Shown here: piece by piece, positions 50,821 to 60,238 of the stretch
Numbering within the stretch: the stretch's first letter is position 1
Layout of the letters: each line of letters starts with the position of its first letter
NCBI GenBank assembly: GCA_964407925.1
Contig: CAYOXM010000003.1
Span: 5,023 to 69,022 of the forward strand
From: an uncultured Gammaproteobacteria bacterium
GTDB taxonomy: Bacteria; Patescibacteriota; Patescibacteriia; SG8-24
Length of the DNA stretch: 64,000 nucleotides
Direction of reading: 5' to 3'
Notes under the pieces: generated by a model
The model's database searches: none
What the model was told of the DNA's origin: nothing
The model's input: the letters and a program-made list of their open reading frames with translations, nothing else
Position numbers and translations under genes: made by a program

Positions 50821-51744
50821 ATGATTCACCGGACCGCACGGAGCCTCCCGATCCTCCTTTCCGTCCTGGCGTTCGGCTGCGCGGGTCCGATGACTCCGCG
50901 CACGGCCCTCGCCGACACGACCGCCTCGCACGGCGCGTCGATCACCGACCTCGAGACGAGGTTCAGGAGCGCCACGGCGCTGCTGTACGCGCAGACCGAC
51001 GACGGCGGCTTCAAGATGATGTGCACCGCCACGGCGTTCGAGAAGAAAGGTAAGATGACCCGCTTCGTCACCGCCGCGCACTGCGTGGCGTCCGACGACA
51101 CGCAGCACGACCGCGTGGACGTCGAGAAGACGAACTGGTTCATCACCTTCGACGAGCCGCACAACAAGAACATGATGGAAGCGCAGGTCGTCGCGGCCGG
51201 CTACCAGCATCGCGGCGACGACTTCGCGGTCGTCGAAGTGGAACTCGCGAAGGACGTGCCGCTCATGCCGCTCGCGGCGAACGACCCGTCGCTCGGCGAG
51301 AACATCTCCAACTTCGCGTCCCCCCTCGGCCTCGGCAAGCAGCTGTTCCGCGGGCACGTGAGCATGGAGGCGCTCGACCGGCCGGTCATCTCCGGCGACA
51401 TCAACTGGAAGGGCGCGACGCTCCTCCAGATGAGTTCCGGTCCCGGTTCGTCCGGATCGTCGATCGTGAGCCAGAACCAGCAGGGCATCGTCGCCTTCCT
51501 GGTCGGCAACATCACGTTCCGCGGTTCGCCGAACATCGTGGCCATCCCGGTCGGCAAGTTCAAGAAGTTCTGGTCCGAAGTCCAAGTCGGCAAGTACAAG
51601 TGGTACAAGGCCGACGACGAGACCGCGTCCGCCGAAGCCAAGTCCGGCAAGGGCAAGGGCGTGAAGAAACTCTGGGAGCGGATCCACGTGAACGGCATCA
51701 CGTACAAGCTCGAGGGCGACGAGGAGTCGTCCGAGGCGAAGTGA
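50821..51744 (+). CDS. trypsin-like serine protease lipoprotein
   Basis: LAFGC lipobox; TAAHC, DDFAVV and GPGSSGS catalytic triad motifs. Confidence 0.8.
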   Translation: MIHRTARSLPILLSVLAFGCAGPMTPRTALADTTASHGASITDLETRFRSATALLYAQTDDGGFKMMCTATAFEKKGKMTRFVTAAHCVASDDTQHDRVDVEKTNWFITFDEPHNKNMMEAQVVAAGYQHRGDDFAVVEVELAKDVPLMPLAANDPSLGENISNFASPLGLGKQLFRGHVSMEALDRPVISGDINWKGATLLQMSSGPGSSGSSIVSQNQQGIVAFLVGNITFRGSPNIVAIPVGKFKKFWSEVQVGKYKWYKADDETASAEAKSGKGKGVKKLWERIHVNGITYKLEGDEESSEAK

Positions 51745-51855
51745 TGCGCATCCCCCTCGCCGAAGGCGAGGGGTTTTTTCCGCCTTCGGGCGGAACCCCG
51801 CCCTTCTTTGAAGAAACGTCAGTGTGGCGGGGCTTCCAGCGAAAGGAGCGGCGTC

Positions 51856-52197
51856 ATGCGCCTGACCGTTTCGAAAGTTCCCGCCGAGGGAATCCTCATC
51901 ACGCGGTGGCGGCGCGGCGCGTGCGTCGGCCGCGCGTACCTCTACCTCATGCGGAACAAGCTGCACGACGAACCGTTCGGCTTCATGGAAGACGTGTTCG
52001 TCGACGAATCCTGTCGCGGCAAGGGCGTCGGCGAGGCGCTCGTGAAACGCGTCATTGCCGAGGCGAAGAAGCGCGGCTGCTACAAGCTCGTCGCGACGAG
52101 CAGGCACGAACGTCCCCGCGTCCACGACCTGTACCTGAAACTCGGTTTCAAGGAACGCGGCAAGGAATTCCGCGTCGATTTCGAAAAGACCCCTTGA
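51856..52197 (+). CDS. GNAT N-acetyltransferase
   Basis: EDVFVD...RGKGVG, GCYK...TS and LY.KLGF motifs. Confidence 0.85.
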   Translation: MRLTVSKVPAEGILITRWRRGACVGRAYLYLMRNKLHDEPFGFMEDVFVDESCRGKGVGEALVKRVIAEAKKRGCYKLVATSRHERPRVHDLYLKLGFKERGKEFRVDFEKTP

Positions 52198-52212
52198 GCG
52201 GGGTCTTTTTTC

Positions 52213-52833
52213 CTAAAGGGAGTGTCCCATCCGTTTCTTTTTCACGTCGAGATATTTCCGATTGTACCGGTTCGGCCGCGTCCGAACGGGGATGACGCCG
52301 GTAACGGCGACACCCTCGGCCTCGAGCCCCTTCTTCTTGAGCGGGTTGTTGGTCATGAGGCGGATCGACGCGACGCCGAGCTTCCGCAACACGGCGGCGG
52401 CCGGACAATATTCGCGCGAATCCTGAGGAAGGCCGAGCTTGGCGTTCGCCTCGACGGTATCGAGGCCGTGATCCTGCAGGTGGTAGGCGCGGATCTTGTT
52501 GAAGATGCCGATGCCGCGCCCCTCCTGACGGAGATAGATGATAGCGCCCTTCTTCCGCTTGGCGACGTAACGCATGGCGAGTTTCAGCTGGCCGTCGCAG
52601 TCGCACTTGAGCGAATCGAACACCTCGCTCGTCATGCATTCGGATTGGACGCGCACCGGCAGGTCACGCGCGCCCGCGACGTCGCCCATCACGAAAACGA
52701 GATGGGTGTTTCCGGCCTTGCGGTCGGCGGCGTCATAAAACGCGATCGCCTTCCACATGCCGTGCGGCGTCGGGATGTTCGCCGGCTCCGTGCAGACGAG
52801 CCGTGCTGACTTGCGGTGACGTTTCACGGGCAT
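52213..52833 (-). CDS. ribA: GTP cyclohydrolase II
   Basis: VRVQSEC.TSEVF.S.KCDC..QL, YLRQEGRGIG, DTVEAN, LMTNNP.K and MGH motifs. Confidence 0.93.
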   Translation of the reverse strand: MPVKRHRKSARLVCTEPANIPTPHGMWKAIAFYDAADRKAGNTHLVFVMGDVAGARDLPVRVQSECMTSEVFDSLKCDCDGQLKLAMRYVAKRKKGAIIYLRQEGRGIGIFNKIRAYHLQDHGLDTVEANAKLGLPQDSREYCPAAAVLRKLGVASIRLMTNNPLKKKGLEAEGVAVTGVIPVRTRPNRYNRKYLDVKKKRMGHSL

Positions 52834-52945
52834 GAGCGCATCGTACCACCGCCGCCCGCGACGGAGAAGCACGGTTGACACTGAGCGAAAAACATGGCAA
52901 GCTGTCCGGTCGTTCCTTGTCTGCAACCGCAACCGCGGAGGGGTC

Positions 52946-53440
52946 ATGAGCGCCTTCATCGTCATTCTCGGCACGATCGCCTATCTTCAGGCGGGGTACT
53001 TCCTGGGACGCATCGGCTGGTCCGTCTGGAAACGGCGGGACAACCTGTCGTTCCGCTCGTACCTGTTCTTCCCCTCGAGCCATCTCCGCCGACGCGTCGG
53101 AGCGGGAACGATGTCGCTCTTCCAAGGGGTCAACCCTGAGGAAGGCGCGTATCGGGCGGCGATGCTGCTCTTCTGGCCCGTCGCTGCCGTTCTCAGCCTC
53201 GCCGTCGTCGCCGTGACGCTGCCGGGCTGGATGGCGTCGCGGCCCGAACGGATCCGCGCGGCGAACGTGCGGAAGCTCCACCTCCTCGAGACGCAGAACC
53301 GCGCGCTCGACGCGTACATCCGCCGCCTCGAAACGGGTGACGTGACCACGCACGCCGCGCCGGTCACCCGGATCGTCGAAATCAGCGACGACGAGGGCGA
53401 GGAGGAAGAAACGGCTGCCGCCCGGCGCACCGCCGGCTGA
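52946..53440 (+). CDS. hypothetical membrane protein
   Basis: GGAGG SD, two hydrophobic segments, terminator at 53441-53463. Confidence 0.6.
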   Translation: MSAFIVILGTIAYLQAGYFLGRIGWSVWKRRDNLSFRSYLFFPSSHLRRRVGAGTMSLFQGVNPEEGAYRAAMLLFWPVAAVLSLAVVAVTLPGWMASRPERIRAANVRKLHLLETQNRALDAYIRRLETGDVTTHAAPVTRIVEISDDEGEEEETAAARRTAG

Positions 53441-53546
53441 CCGCCCTCTCGGGCGGTTTTTTCATTGCCGGTTGACGCGAAACCCGACGGCGCATACGCT
53501 CGAAGCAGTACCGTCCTTTCTTCATTTTTCCCAAAGGAGGCCGTCG

Positions 53547-54257
53547 ATGGATGCCGATGACCGCTCGTCCGTGGAATCCTTCCGCGCGGCGAGGATAGCC
53601 GCGCTCCCCCGCTGGTACTCGCCGCTGGCGCATCTTGCGGGAACGCTGTCCGTCGGCGTTCTCGCGCTCGGCCTGGCGCTCTGGGTCATCAAGGATCCGT
53701 GCTGGCAGGACTTCCTGATCGTCCCAGCAATGCTCGTCTTCGCGAACTTCTTCGAGTGGTGGGCGCACAAGAACGTGTTGCACCGCCCGCGGAGATTCTT
53801 CCGCGACCTGTACGAGCAGCACACGCCCCTCCACCATCGCACCTACCGGTGGGAGGACATGGCGATTCGCGACCGTCGCGAGCTGCGCTTCGTGCTGATG
53901 CCCGCGTCTGGCGTGCTCGGCATCGTGCTCACGGCGACGCCCGTCGCCGTGGCGATCGGCCTCGCGCTCGGCACGAACGTCGGCTGCATCGCGCTCATGG
54001 CGATGGCGTCCTACGTCATCCTCTACGAGCTCACGCACCTCACCTACCACCTGCCGGCGGAACACCCGCTCCACCGCCTGCCGTTCGTTGCGAGGCTCGC
54101 GGAGCATCACGCCCGCCACCACGACCCGGCGATGATGGCGAAGTGGAACTTCAACGTGAGCTTCCCTCTCGCGGACTTCGTCCTTCGGACCTGCGCCCCG
54201 AAGGCTCTCGTCGAGGAACGCCGCGCCGCAATCGCCGCGCGCCGCAAGAACCGCTGA
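53547..54257 (+). CDS. fatty acid hydroxylase / sterol desaturase family protein
   Basis: His boxes EWWAHKNVLH, HTPLHH, YELTHLTYH and HHARHH; NFNV. Confidence 0.85.
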   Translation: MDADDRSSVESFRAARIAALPRWYSPLAHLAGTLSVGVLALGLALWVIKDPCWQDFLIVPAMLVFANFFEWWAHKNVLHRPRRFFRDLYEQHTPLHHRTYRWEDMAIRDRRELRFVLMPASGVLGIVLTATPVAVAIGLALGTNVGCIALMAMASYVILYELTHLTYHLPAEHPLHRLPFVARLAEHHARHHDPAMMAKWNFNVSFPLADFVLRTCAPKALVEERRAAIAARRKNR

Positions 54258-54366
54258 AAACGAAAACCGCCCCTTTTCGGGGGGCGGCATTTTTTATCGC
54301 TAGATCCCGCGTCGGCCGTCGCCGCGCGACGCCCGCACGGGATGATCCGCGCAAAAGTATTGCGGA

Positions 54367-54936
54367 TCAGTTCGCGGGAACGAGCGACGTGACCATGTCG
54401 GTAAGCTCCTGCCATGAAGCGACGCGCACGGCGACGCCTTCGGCATCCACGTGGCTGTTGTAGCCCCACGAAAACAACGCGCGATGCGGCACGACGCCGA
54501 CGAGCGGCTCGAGCTTGTCGATGTCGTCATCGACGTAGAAATCCAGTCCTGCCGCCGCATCCGCCTTGCTCGCGCCGTGGCCCACGCCGGTGAAATCGAT
54601 GGCGAGCCCGCGGCGGTCCGCCCATGCCCGCGCGACCTCGAGCGTTTCGCCATCGCGCGACGTGATGACGCGCACCTCGTGGCCGGCGCCGCGCAAACGC
54701 GCGATCCCCTCGAGGACGCCGGGAACCGGCTCCATCAGCTCGCCGTATTCGTGCGTGCCGTAAATCACCTGCTGAAGATGCCGGTACTGGTCATGCGTCA
54801 GGATGCCACCGCCGACGACGAGTTCCTTCTTGAACCGCTCCGGCGGGATGTCCACGCCGAAGAGCCGCTTGGCTGCCTTGCATTTGAGGTCGCCGCAGTC
54901 GGAGATGACGCCGTCGAAATCGAGGCCGATGCGCAT
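54367..54936 (-). CDS. HAD-superfamily 5'(3')-nucleotidase-like protein
   Basis: IGLDFDGV, ITSR, K......D.YVDD motifs. Confidence 0.8.
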   Translation of the reverse strand: MRIGLDFDGVISDCGDLKCKAAKRLFGVDIPPERFKKELVVGGGILTHDQYRHLQQVIYGTHEYGELMEPVPGVLEGIARLRGAGHEVRVITSRDGETLEVARAWADRRGLAIDFTGVGHGASKADAAAGLDFYVDDDIDKLEPLVGVVPHRALFSWGYNSHVDAEGVAVRVASWQELTDMVTSLVPAN

Positions 54937-55064
54937 AGTCGGATCATGCCGGAATATGGGCGTACGTTAGCAGTCGCGGACCGTCCAGTCAACGCGCGTT
55001 GACACTACTGCGCCCCGTGCCTACCATTGCCGCAGGCATGCCCGATTCATGAAAGGAGGCCGGC

Positions 55065-55604
55065 ATGACGACGCGACTACTCATCGGCGGCCCGAGCAAC
55101 TCGGGCAAGAGCACCTTCGTCCTTTCCCTCGTGGAATACCTGCGGAGCGCGGGACTCACCGCGAACGCGCACGAGCTCGACGTCTGGTCGAACTCGTACG
55201 TCGCCTTCCGCGGCGAAATCCCGTTCGAGGGCAGGCCGAAACGGCAGGGCCTCGACTGGGACTGGCAGACGCCGCTCAAGGAGCGCATCGACGCGTTCGC
55301 GACGGACCCGTCCGACTTCGTTTTCGGCGACCTGCCCGGCAAACTCGACGAGGCGATTACGCACGTCTGCGCGAACGCACCCGCGAACGCCGCGCTCGTC
55401 ATCAGCCGCAAGCTCGATGCCATCACGGAATGGGAGTCGTTCTTCGAAGAGAGCGGCGTGCCTGTCCTGCAGTCGTTCCTGACCTTCCAGGACCGCCCGC
55501 CGGTGATTCTCGTCGGGATGAACCGCAACCTGGAGCCGGGCCACCCGCACGTAAAGGCGTTCGGCGACATGCTCCTCTTCGGGAGAAGGCTCGCGAGGCG
55601 TTAA
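55065..55604 (+). CDS. small P-loop NTPase
   Basis: LLIGGPSNSGKST Walker A and FVFGDLPG; AAAGGAGG SD. Confidence 0.7.
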   Translation: MTTRLLIGGPSNSGKSTFVLSLVEYLRSAGLTANAHELDVWSNSYVAFRGEIPFEGRPKRQGLDWDWQTPLKERIDAFATDPSDFVFGDLPGKLDEAITHVCANAPANAALVISRKLDAITEWESFFEESGVPVLQSFLTFQDRPPVILVGMNRNLEPGHPHVKAFGDMLLFGRRLARR

Positions 55605-55743
55605 GAGGCAGTCCTCATGACCGCCTCTTTTTCTATGCTGAACCGGTTGACGGCCGCGGATTTTCGCGCTAGCGTCCCCAGTCGGGCGGCCGCGGCGCGG
55701 CCACCGATCACGTTCTTTCCGCAGCACCGACCGGAGGTCCGCA

Positions 55744-56859
55744 ATGGCGAAAGACAAGTCGAAAAAAAAGACGCCCGTCGAGGACGAGCCCGAGTACGAG
55801 CGCCGCTGGGTGGTCAGGTCGATCGACCCCGACATCCGCCGCGCACCTTCGCAGCTCATTGAGCAGGGGTACTTCGACCGGACGCGCGACCTGCGCATCC
55901 GCATCATCGACGGCAAGATGTCGATCCTCGCCTGCAAGCTGGGCCGAGGCAGGGCACGGACGGAACGGCCGAAACGCACGCCGCTGTCGGTCGGGCGGTT
56001 CCTGCTCGAGTCGACGCCGTACGTGGTACGCAAACGCCGCCACGTCCGGGACGGCTGGGAAATCGATTTCTTCGAGGGACCGCTCGCGGGCCTCGTCATC
56101 GCCGAAATCGAAAAAAGGTCGCTCGCCGCGCTCGAAAAGGTGACGCTGCCGCCGTGGATTCACGACGCGGTCGAGGTGACGGAGACGCTGTCGAACCGCC
56201 TGCTCGCGCGCGTCGCCTACGACCTCGCCGGCGAGGAAGGCCCCGACCGCCCCATCCGCGAATTCCTGCCGAAGCGCGTCCCGAGCGTCGTGCTCACGGG
56301 CGGACCCTGCTCCGGCAAAAGCACGCTGATGGCCCTCTTCCGTCAGGAATACGGCGGCATCCTGCATTGCGTTCCGGAAACCGCGACCATCGTCATCGAC
56401 CAGGTCGGCGCGAAGCCGCCCGTCAACGACCCCGAGGGAATGCGGACGTTCCAGCGCGTCATCTACCGCGTGCAGAACAGCTTCGAGAAGGTCGCACACC
56501 GGCAGGCGTTCAAGGACGGCAAGAAGGCGCTCCTGCTCGACCGCGGGACCGCCGACGCCGCTGCCTACATGACAAAGGGCGTCGCCGATCTCGAACGCGT
56601 CTGCGAGACGAGGATGGACGACGAGTACGCGCGCTATGACGGCGTCATCTGCCTCGACGTTCCGCCGAAGGACGTCTACGACGCCAACAAGGCGAACAAC
56701 CCGGCGCGATCGGAAACGCACGCGCAGGCGGCGAAGCTCGGCGACCGCATCGTGAGCGCATGGGGAGACCATCCCCGCTTCCGCTTCATCCGCGGCAGCT
56801 GGGAAGAGAAGGTCGCCGGCGCCCGCGCGGCGCTCGAGGAAATCGTCGGCATCCGCTGA
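55744..56859 (+). CDS. CYTH domain + AAA_28 (NadR/Ttd14-like) kinase fusion
   Basis: EYERRW, IEQGY, WEIDFF and IAEIE (CYTH); VVLTGGPCSGKST, VPETAT and LDRG..D (AAA_28). Confidence 0.82.
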   Translation: MAKDKSKKKTPVEDEPEYERRWVVRSIDPDIRRAPSQLIEQGYFDRTRDLRIRIIDGKMSILACKLGRGRARTERPKRTPLSVGRFLLESTPYVVRKRRHVRDGWEIDFFEGPLAGLVIAEIEKRSLAALEKVTLPPWIHDAVEVTETLSNRLLARVAYDLAGEEGPDRPIREFLPKRVPSVVLTGGPCSGKSTLMALFRQEYGGILHCVPETATIVIDQVGAKPPVNDPEGMRTFQRVIYRVQNSFEKVAHRQAFKDGKKALLLDRGTADAAAYMTKGVADLERVCETRMDDEYARYDGVICLDVPPKDVYDANKANNPARSETHAQAAKLGDRIVSAWGDHPRFRFIRGSWEEKVAGARAALEEIVGIR

Positions 56860-56962
56860 CCAGGCCCCGCTTCCCGCGGGGTTTTTCTTTATGTCCGAAC
56901 GTTGACGAAAGGCGCGCCGGCGCGTTCAATGGGGGCTCACGTCCTTTTCCCAGGAGGCAAAG

Positions 56963-57562
56963 ATGCACGAATTGCATAACGACCTTGACCGGTTGCTCGG
57001 ACGGAAGTACCGCAAACGCGCCGAGCGCGACACGGCGATGCTGCCGCTCCTGCCGCTCTACGCGGCGCTGACGGACGGCGAATTCCGCCTGGTTTCCGCG
57101 TCAGCAGTCGACGCGCATGACGCCGGCCTGGCGATCGCGCTCGCCACGGGAATCCGCGACGCCGCGGTCGAGCTCGTCACGGCAGTCGCCGCAGAAGACG
57201 CGCTCGCCGCCGGTCTCGCCACCTCGCGTCTCGGCGACACGCTCCGCGACCGGCTCTGGACCGGACTGCAGCCGGTCCTCGGCGAGAGCGTCGCCGAGGA
57301 CCTCGACCGGCACGTCGACCTCTTCGACGGCCTGCTCGAAGAAGCGGTCGCGGAACGCATCCCCGACGCCTTCAGGGGCAGAAAGTACGTCGACGTGCTC
57401 TACGGCATCCGCATGGCCGTCCGCGTCTACCTCGGACGCTCACTCGCTGCCGACGACTCGTCGGCACGACGCCTCGTCCCGCTGCTCCGCCTGATCACCG
57501 GCACCCTGCCGCTCGGCGAGACGACGTCGCCACCCTGCCGCTGGATCCTGCTCGCGGCCTGA
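56963..57562 (+). CDS. hypothetical protein, paralog of 12908-13531
   Basis: AGGAGG SD; C-terminus YLGRSLAADDSSARRLVPLLRLITGTLPLGETTSPPCRWILLAA. Confidence 0.7.
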   Translation: MHELHNDLDRLLGRKYRKRAERDTAMLPLLPLYAALTDGEFRLVSASAVDAHDAGLAIALATGIRDAAVELVTAVAAEDALAAGLATSRLGDTLRDRLWTGLQPVLGESVAEDLDRHVDLFDGLLEEAVAERIPDAFRGRKYVDVLYGIRMAVRVYLGRSLAADDSSARRLVPLLRLITGTLPLGETTSPPCRWILLAA

Positions 57563-57648
57563 ATGCCGCCCCCTTGCTCGGGGGCGGTTTTTTTAAAAAA
57601 AGCCCGCCACGACGAACTTTACTAAAAACGGCGTTCCCGTCCGACGGC

Positions 57649-57681
57649 AAAAAAAATCCGTCCCGCGAGCGTGCGGGACGG
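57649..57681 (-). terminator. terminator closing the E2-E1-Ubl operon
   Basis: Minus strand CCGTCCCGC-ACGCTC-GCGGGACGG-ATTTTTTTT. Confidence 0.75.
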
Positions 57682-57700
57682 CGTAGCATGCGGTTCCGTC

Positions 57701-57961
57701 TCAGGAACCTTGCGGTCGCTCGGCGATGCCGATCTTGTCGCCGGCCTTGAGGCTGACGCCGTAGTCGGTCGCCGGCGTGCCGTTGACGGTGATGTCCTTA
57801 CGGTCCGGCGTGACGCCGCAGGCCTGGAGCGCGCCCTCGAGGGTCGCGCACTGGGCGAGGTCGAGCGTCTTCTCGGTCGGAGACCCCTGGGTGGGAGTGA
57901 CGGTGACGGTCACCGTGCCGGCAGCCTTCTTGGTCCTCGAACTGCGATTCTTCTTGCTCAT
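57701..57961 (-). CDS. ubiquitin-like (ThiS/MoaD beta-grasp) protein ending in Gly-Ser
   Basis: T...AL...G.....I.VNG......LKAGD.I.I...PQGS pattern; GGAGG SD; directly follows ThiF. Confidence 0.82.
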   Translation of the reverse strand: MSKKNRSSRTKKAAGTVTVTVTPTQGSPTEKTLDLAQCATLEGALQACGVTPDRKDITVNGTPATDYGVSLKAGDKIGIAERPQGS

Positions 57962-57980
57962 GGAACGTTCCTCCGTGGCA

Positions 57981-58637
57981 CTAGGCCGTTACCTGCTTGA
58001 GGTCGCGGACCAACTTCTTGTAGTGCCGCTCCTTTCTACCGTTCGACCACCAGTTCGTCAAGTTGGCGTTGACCGCGGCGGCGGCGACCGCGGCGACGTG
58101 GTAGATGCCGTGATAGCCGCACATCGGCTTCACGGCCTCGTCGTATCCGTAGCGGAGAAAGTACTCGTAGTACGCGATGTCGTCGGGGTCCGACGGGTTC
58201 ACCGCGAACACCGAGACGTACTCCGAGGCGATGCGCGTGTCGATCAGGATGTCGACGAGGCTGGCCTTCGCCGTCTCCCAGATCTTCTTGCGCGCCTCCA
58301 TCCGGTCGACGCAGGCGACGACGGCGCCGCGGAGCGGTTCGCCGGCGTACATCCGCGGGACTGGCGTAATCGTCACGCCCGCCTGCTCGGCGACGATGTC
58401 GGCGAGCGCGCGCACCTTCACGACCCCGAGGTCCTTCAGGCGGTAGGCGCTCACCGGGATGTTGTGGCTCTCGATGTCGTCGCCGTCCCAGACCGTGAGG
58501 TCCGTGACGCCGATCTTCGCGAGTGCCACCGCCACCTGGCTCCCGACGGAACCGGCGCCGATGAGCGTCACCGGCATGGCGTGGCTGGCCGTGAACAGCT
58601 CGTGCTGCTGGCCGTGGTTCATCGCCGTTCCGGTCAT
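57981..58637 (-). CDS. ThiF/E1-like adenylyltransferase
   Basis: IGAGSVGS, WDGDDIESHNI, G..KV.AL, ACVD..EAR, IDTR and PMCG; no CxxC Zn pairs; ATG overlaps the upstream stop; GGAGG SD. Confidence 0.88.
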   Translation of the reverse strand: MTGTAMNHGQQHELFTASHAMPVTLIGAGSVGSQVAVALAKIGVTDLTVWDGDDIESHNIPVSAYRLKDLGVVKVRALADIVAEQAGVTITPVPRMYAGEPLRGAVVACVDRMEARKKIWETAKASLVDILIDTRIASEYVSVFAVNPSDPDDIAYYEYFLRYGYDEAVKPMCGYHGIYHVAAVAAAAVNANLTNWWSNGRKERHYKKLVRDLKQVTA

Positions 58638-60175
58638 TGCATTCCTCCTTCTTTTTCCTTGACGGTGACGTCGACGGCGCGCCGGGACAGCGCGGCCGCT
58701 TCCTCGCCCGGATTCCGCTGCGAACGCAACGTATCGGGCGGCTTGTCGGGGTCGTGCGGTTCCGCCGCCGCGACCGTCGCGGGCGCGGGCGTCCCGACGG
58801 CGGCCTCCGGCCACTCCTCGATCTTCACGTTGGCGAGGATCGGCGTGTAGCCCTTGGCAAGCCAACGGATCACGAGCGTGACGGTGTCGAAGTAGCGGTG
58901 ATACGCCGCGTTCTTCGCGATCGCCTCGACCGCGTTGCCGAAGCAGGCATTGCCGTCGAGATGAATGTGGGGATGCGGCACGCGCCGCGGATGCTTCGTC
59001 TCCTCGCACCAGACCGAGACGCCGCCGACCGACGAGATGCGGATGACGTACCGCCCGAGGGCGTACCGTTTTCCGCCGTACTCCGCGTGGATGAGCTTCG
59101 TTTCCACGTGGACCCCGTTCTCGACGAGCGACACGCGCCGCACCTCGGGAATCCGTCGGATGGCGGCGAAGTCGCGCGGCGCGCGCTCGAGAGCCTCCTT
59201 CACGAACGGCGCGTCGTTGAAAGACGACAGCTGCGCCTCGAGCTCCCTTCTGAAGCGGAGCGCGTCGGCGAGCTGCTTTTGCAGGGTCTGGATCGTCCCG
59301 TCGTTCTTGACGATGGTCTTCTTGAGACCTCCGCCGACCGACGTGATCCACTCCTCGCTCGCCTTGACGAAAGCGTCGCGCGTCGCCGCGGGCGCGGCGT
59401 CGACGCCCTCCTTCAGCTGGCGATACCGTTCGTTCCACGAGAGCGCGAGCGTCCGCTGGAAAATCAGCGGGCTCGACGACTTGTGGAACGAGGACACCAT
59501 CGGCAGGAGGAAGTAGAAGTTCGCGCCGAGCACCTGCGCGACCGCGGTCTCCTTGTCCTTGAGGACCGTTCCCCGCCCCTTCGACGCCGTGCGCCGGAGG
59601 ACCGCGAGGTTGTCCTGATTGACCGAGACTCCGAACGCGACGGCGACGTACTCCGTGCCGAAGTCGCCCGGCGGACCGCCGTTCGAGAAGACGTGGATGG
59701 TCTTCCCGTCGTCGGCGTACGGGTCGCGGACGTGTCCGCCCCCATGGTGGAAGACGATCTCCGCGCCGACGAGGCGCGAGAGGAGCATCAGGGAAGGACG
59801 GTACGCGTTGCAGGCGGTTTCCCGCCGCACCATGTCGTCCTGGTCCTTGTTCTCCCTGTCCTCGTCCGCGAACGTGACCGTCCCCTTCCTGGGAAGGAGC
59901 ATCGGCACGCCGGCGAGATCGCCGATGGCGCAGAAGGACCATTCGAAGTCCTCCTCCTTTCGGCCGACGGCCTGGTAGAACGCCGCGAGCTCCGCGTCGC
60001 TCAGGCCGACCGTGCCGCGTCCGTTGACGCGGATGACGTCGATGACGAAGTCGCCGGCGACCGCCTTCTCGCGGCCGATCCGGAGCTTCTTGCGCCGAAG
60101 CGCCTTCCTCGCCGCCGACTCGACGGCGTACGCGGGAACGGCAAACGGGAGCGATGCCGATTTTTCGGGTTCCAT
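58634..60175 (-). CDS. large protein with central coiled coil and C-terminal E2/UBC-like domain
   Basis: GGAGG SD before ATG 60175; coiled coil IQTLQKQLADALRFRRELEAQL; PHPHIHLDGNACFGN matches the E2 HP(N/H)I...G..C signature. Confidence 0.75.
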   Translation of the reverse strand: MEPEKSASLPFAVPAYAVESAARKALRRKKLRIGREKAVAGDFVIDVIRVNGRGTVGLSDAELAAFYQAVGRKEEDFEWSFCAIGDLAGVPMLLPRKGTVTFADEDRENKDQDDMVRRETACNAYRPSLMLLSRLVGAEIVFHHGGGHVRDPYADDGKTIHVFSNGGPPGDFGTEYVAVAFGVSVNQDNLAVLRRTASKGRGTVLKDKETAVAQVLGANFYFLLPMVSSFHKSSSPLIFQRTLALSWNERYRQLKEGVDAAPAATRDAFVKASEEWITSVGGGLKKTIVKNDGTIQTLQKQLADALRFRRELEAQLSSFNDAPFVKEALERAPRDFAAIRRIPEVRRVSLVENGVHVETKLIHAEYGGKRYALGRYVIRISSVGGVSVWCEETKHPRRVPHPHIHLDGNACFGNAVEAIAKNAAYHRYFDTVTLVIRWLAKGYTPILANVKIEEWPEAAVGTPAPATVAAAEPHDPDKPPDTLRSQRNPGEEAAALSRRAVDVTVKEKEGGMQ

Positions 60176-60238
60176 CGTGCCTCCATGGTCGGTGGTGAAC
60201 GTCCGATCCCCCTTCGCCGAAGCTTGAGGGGACGGGCA

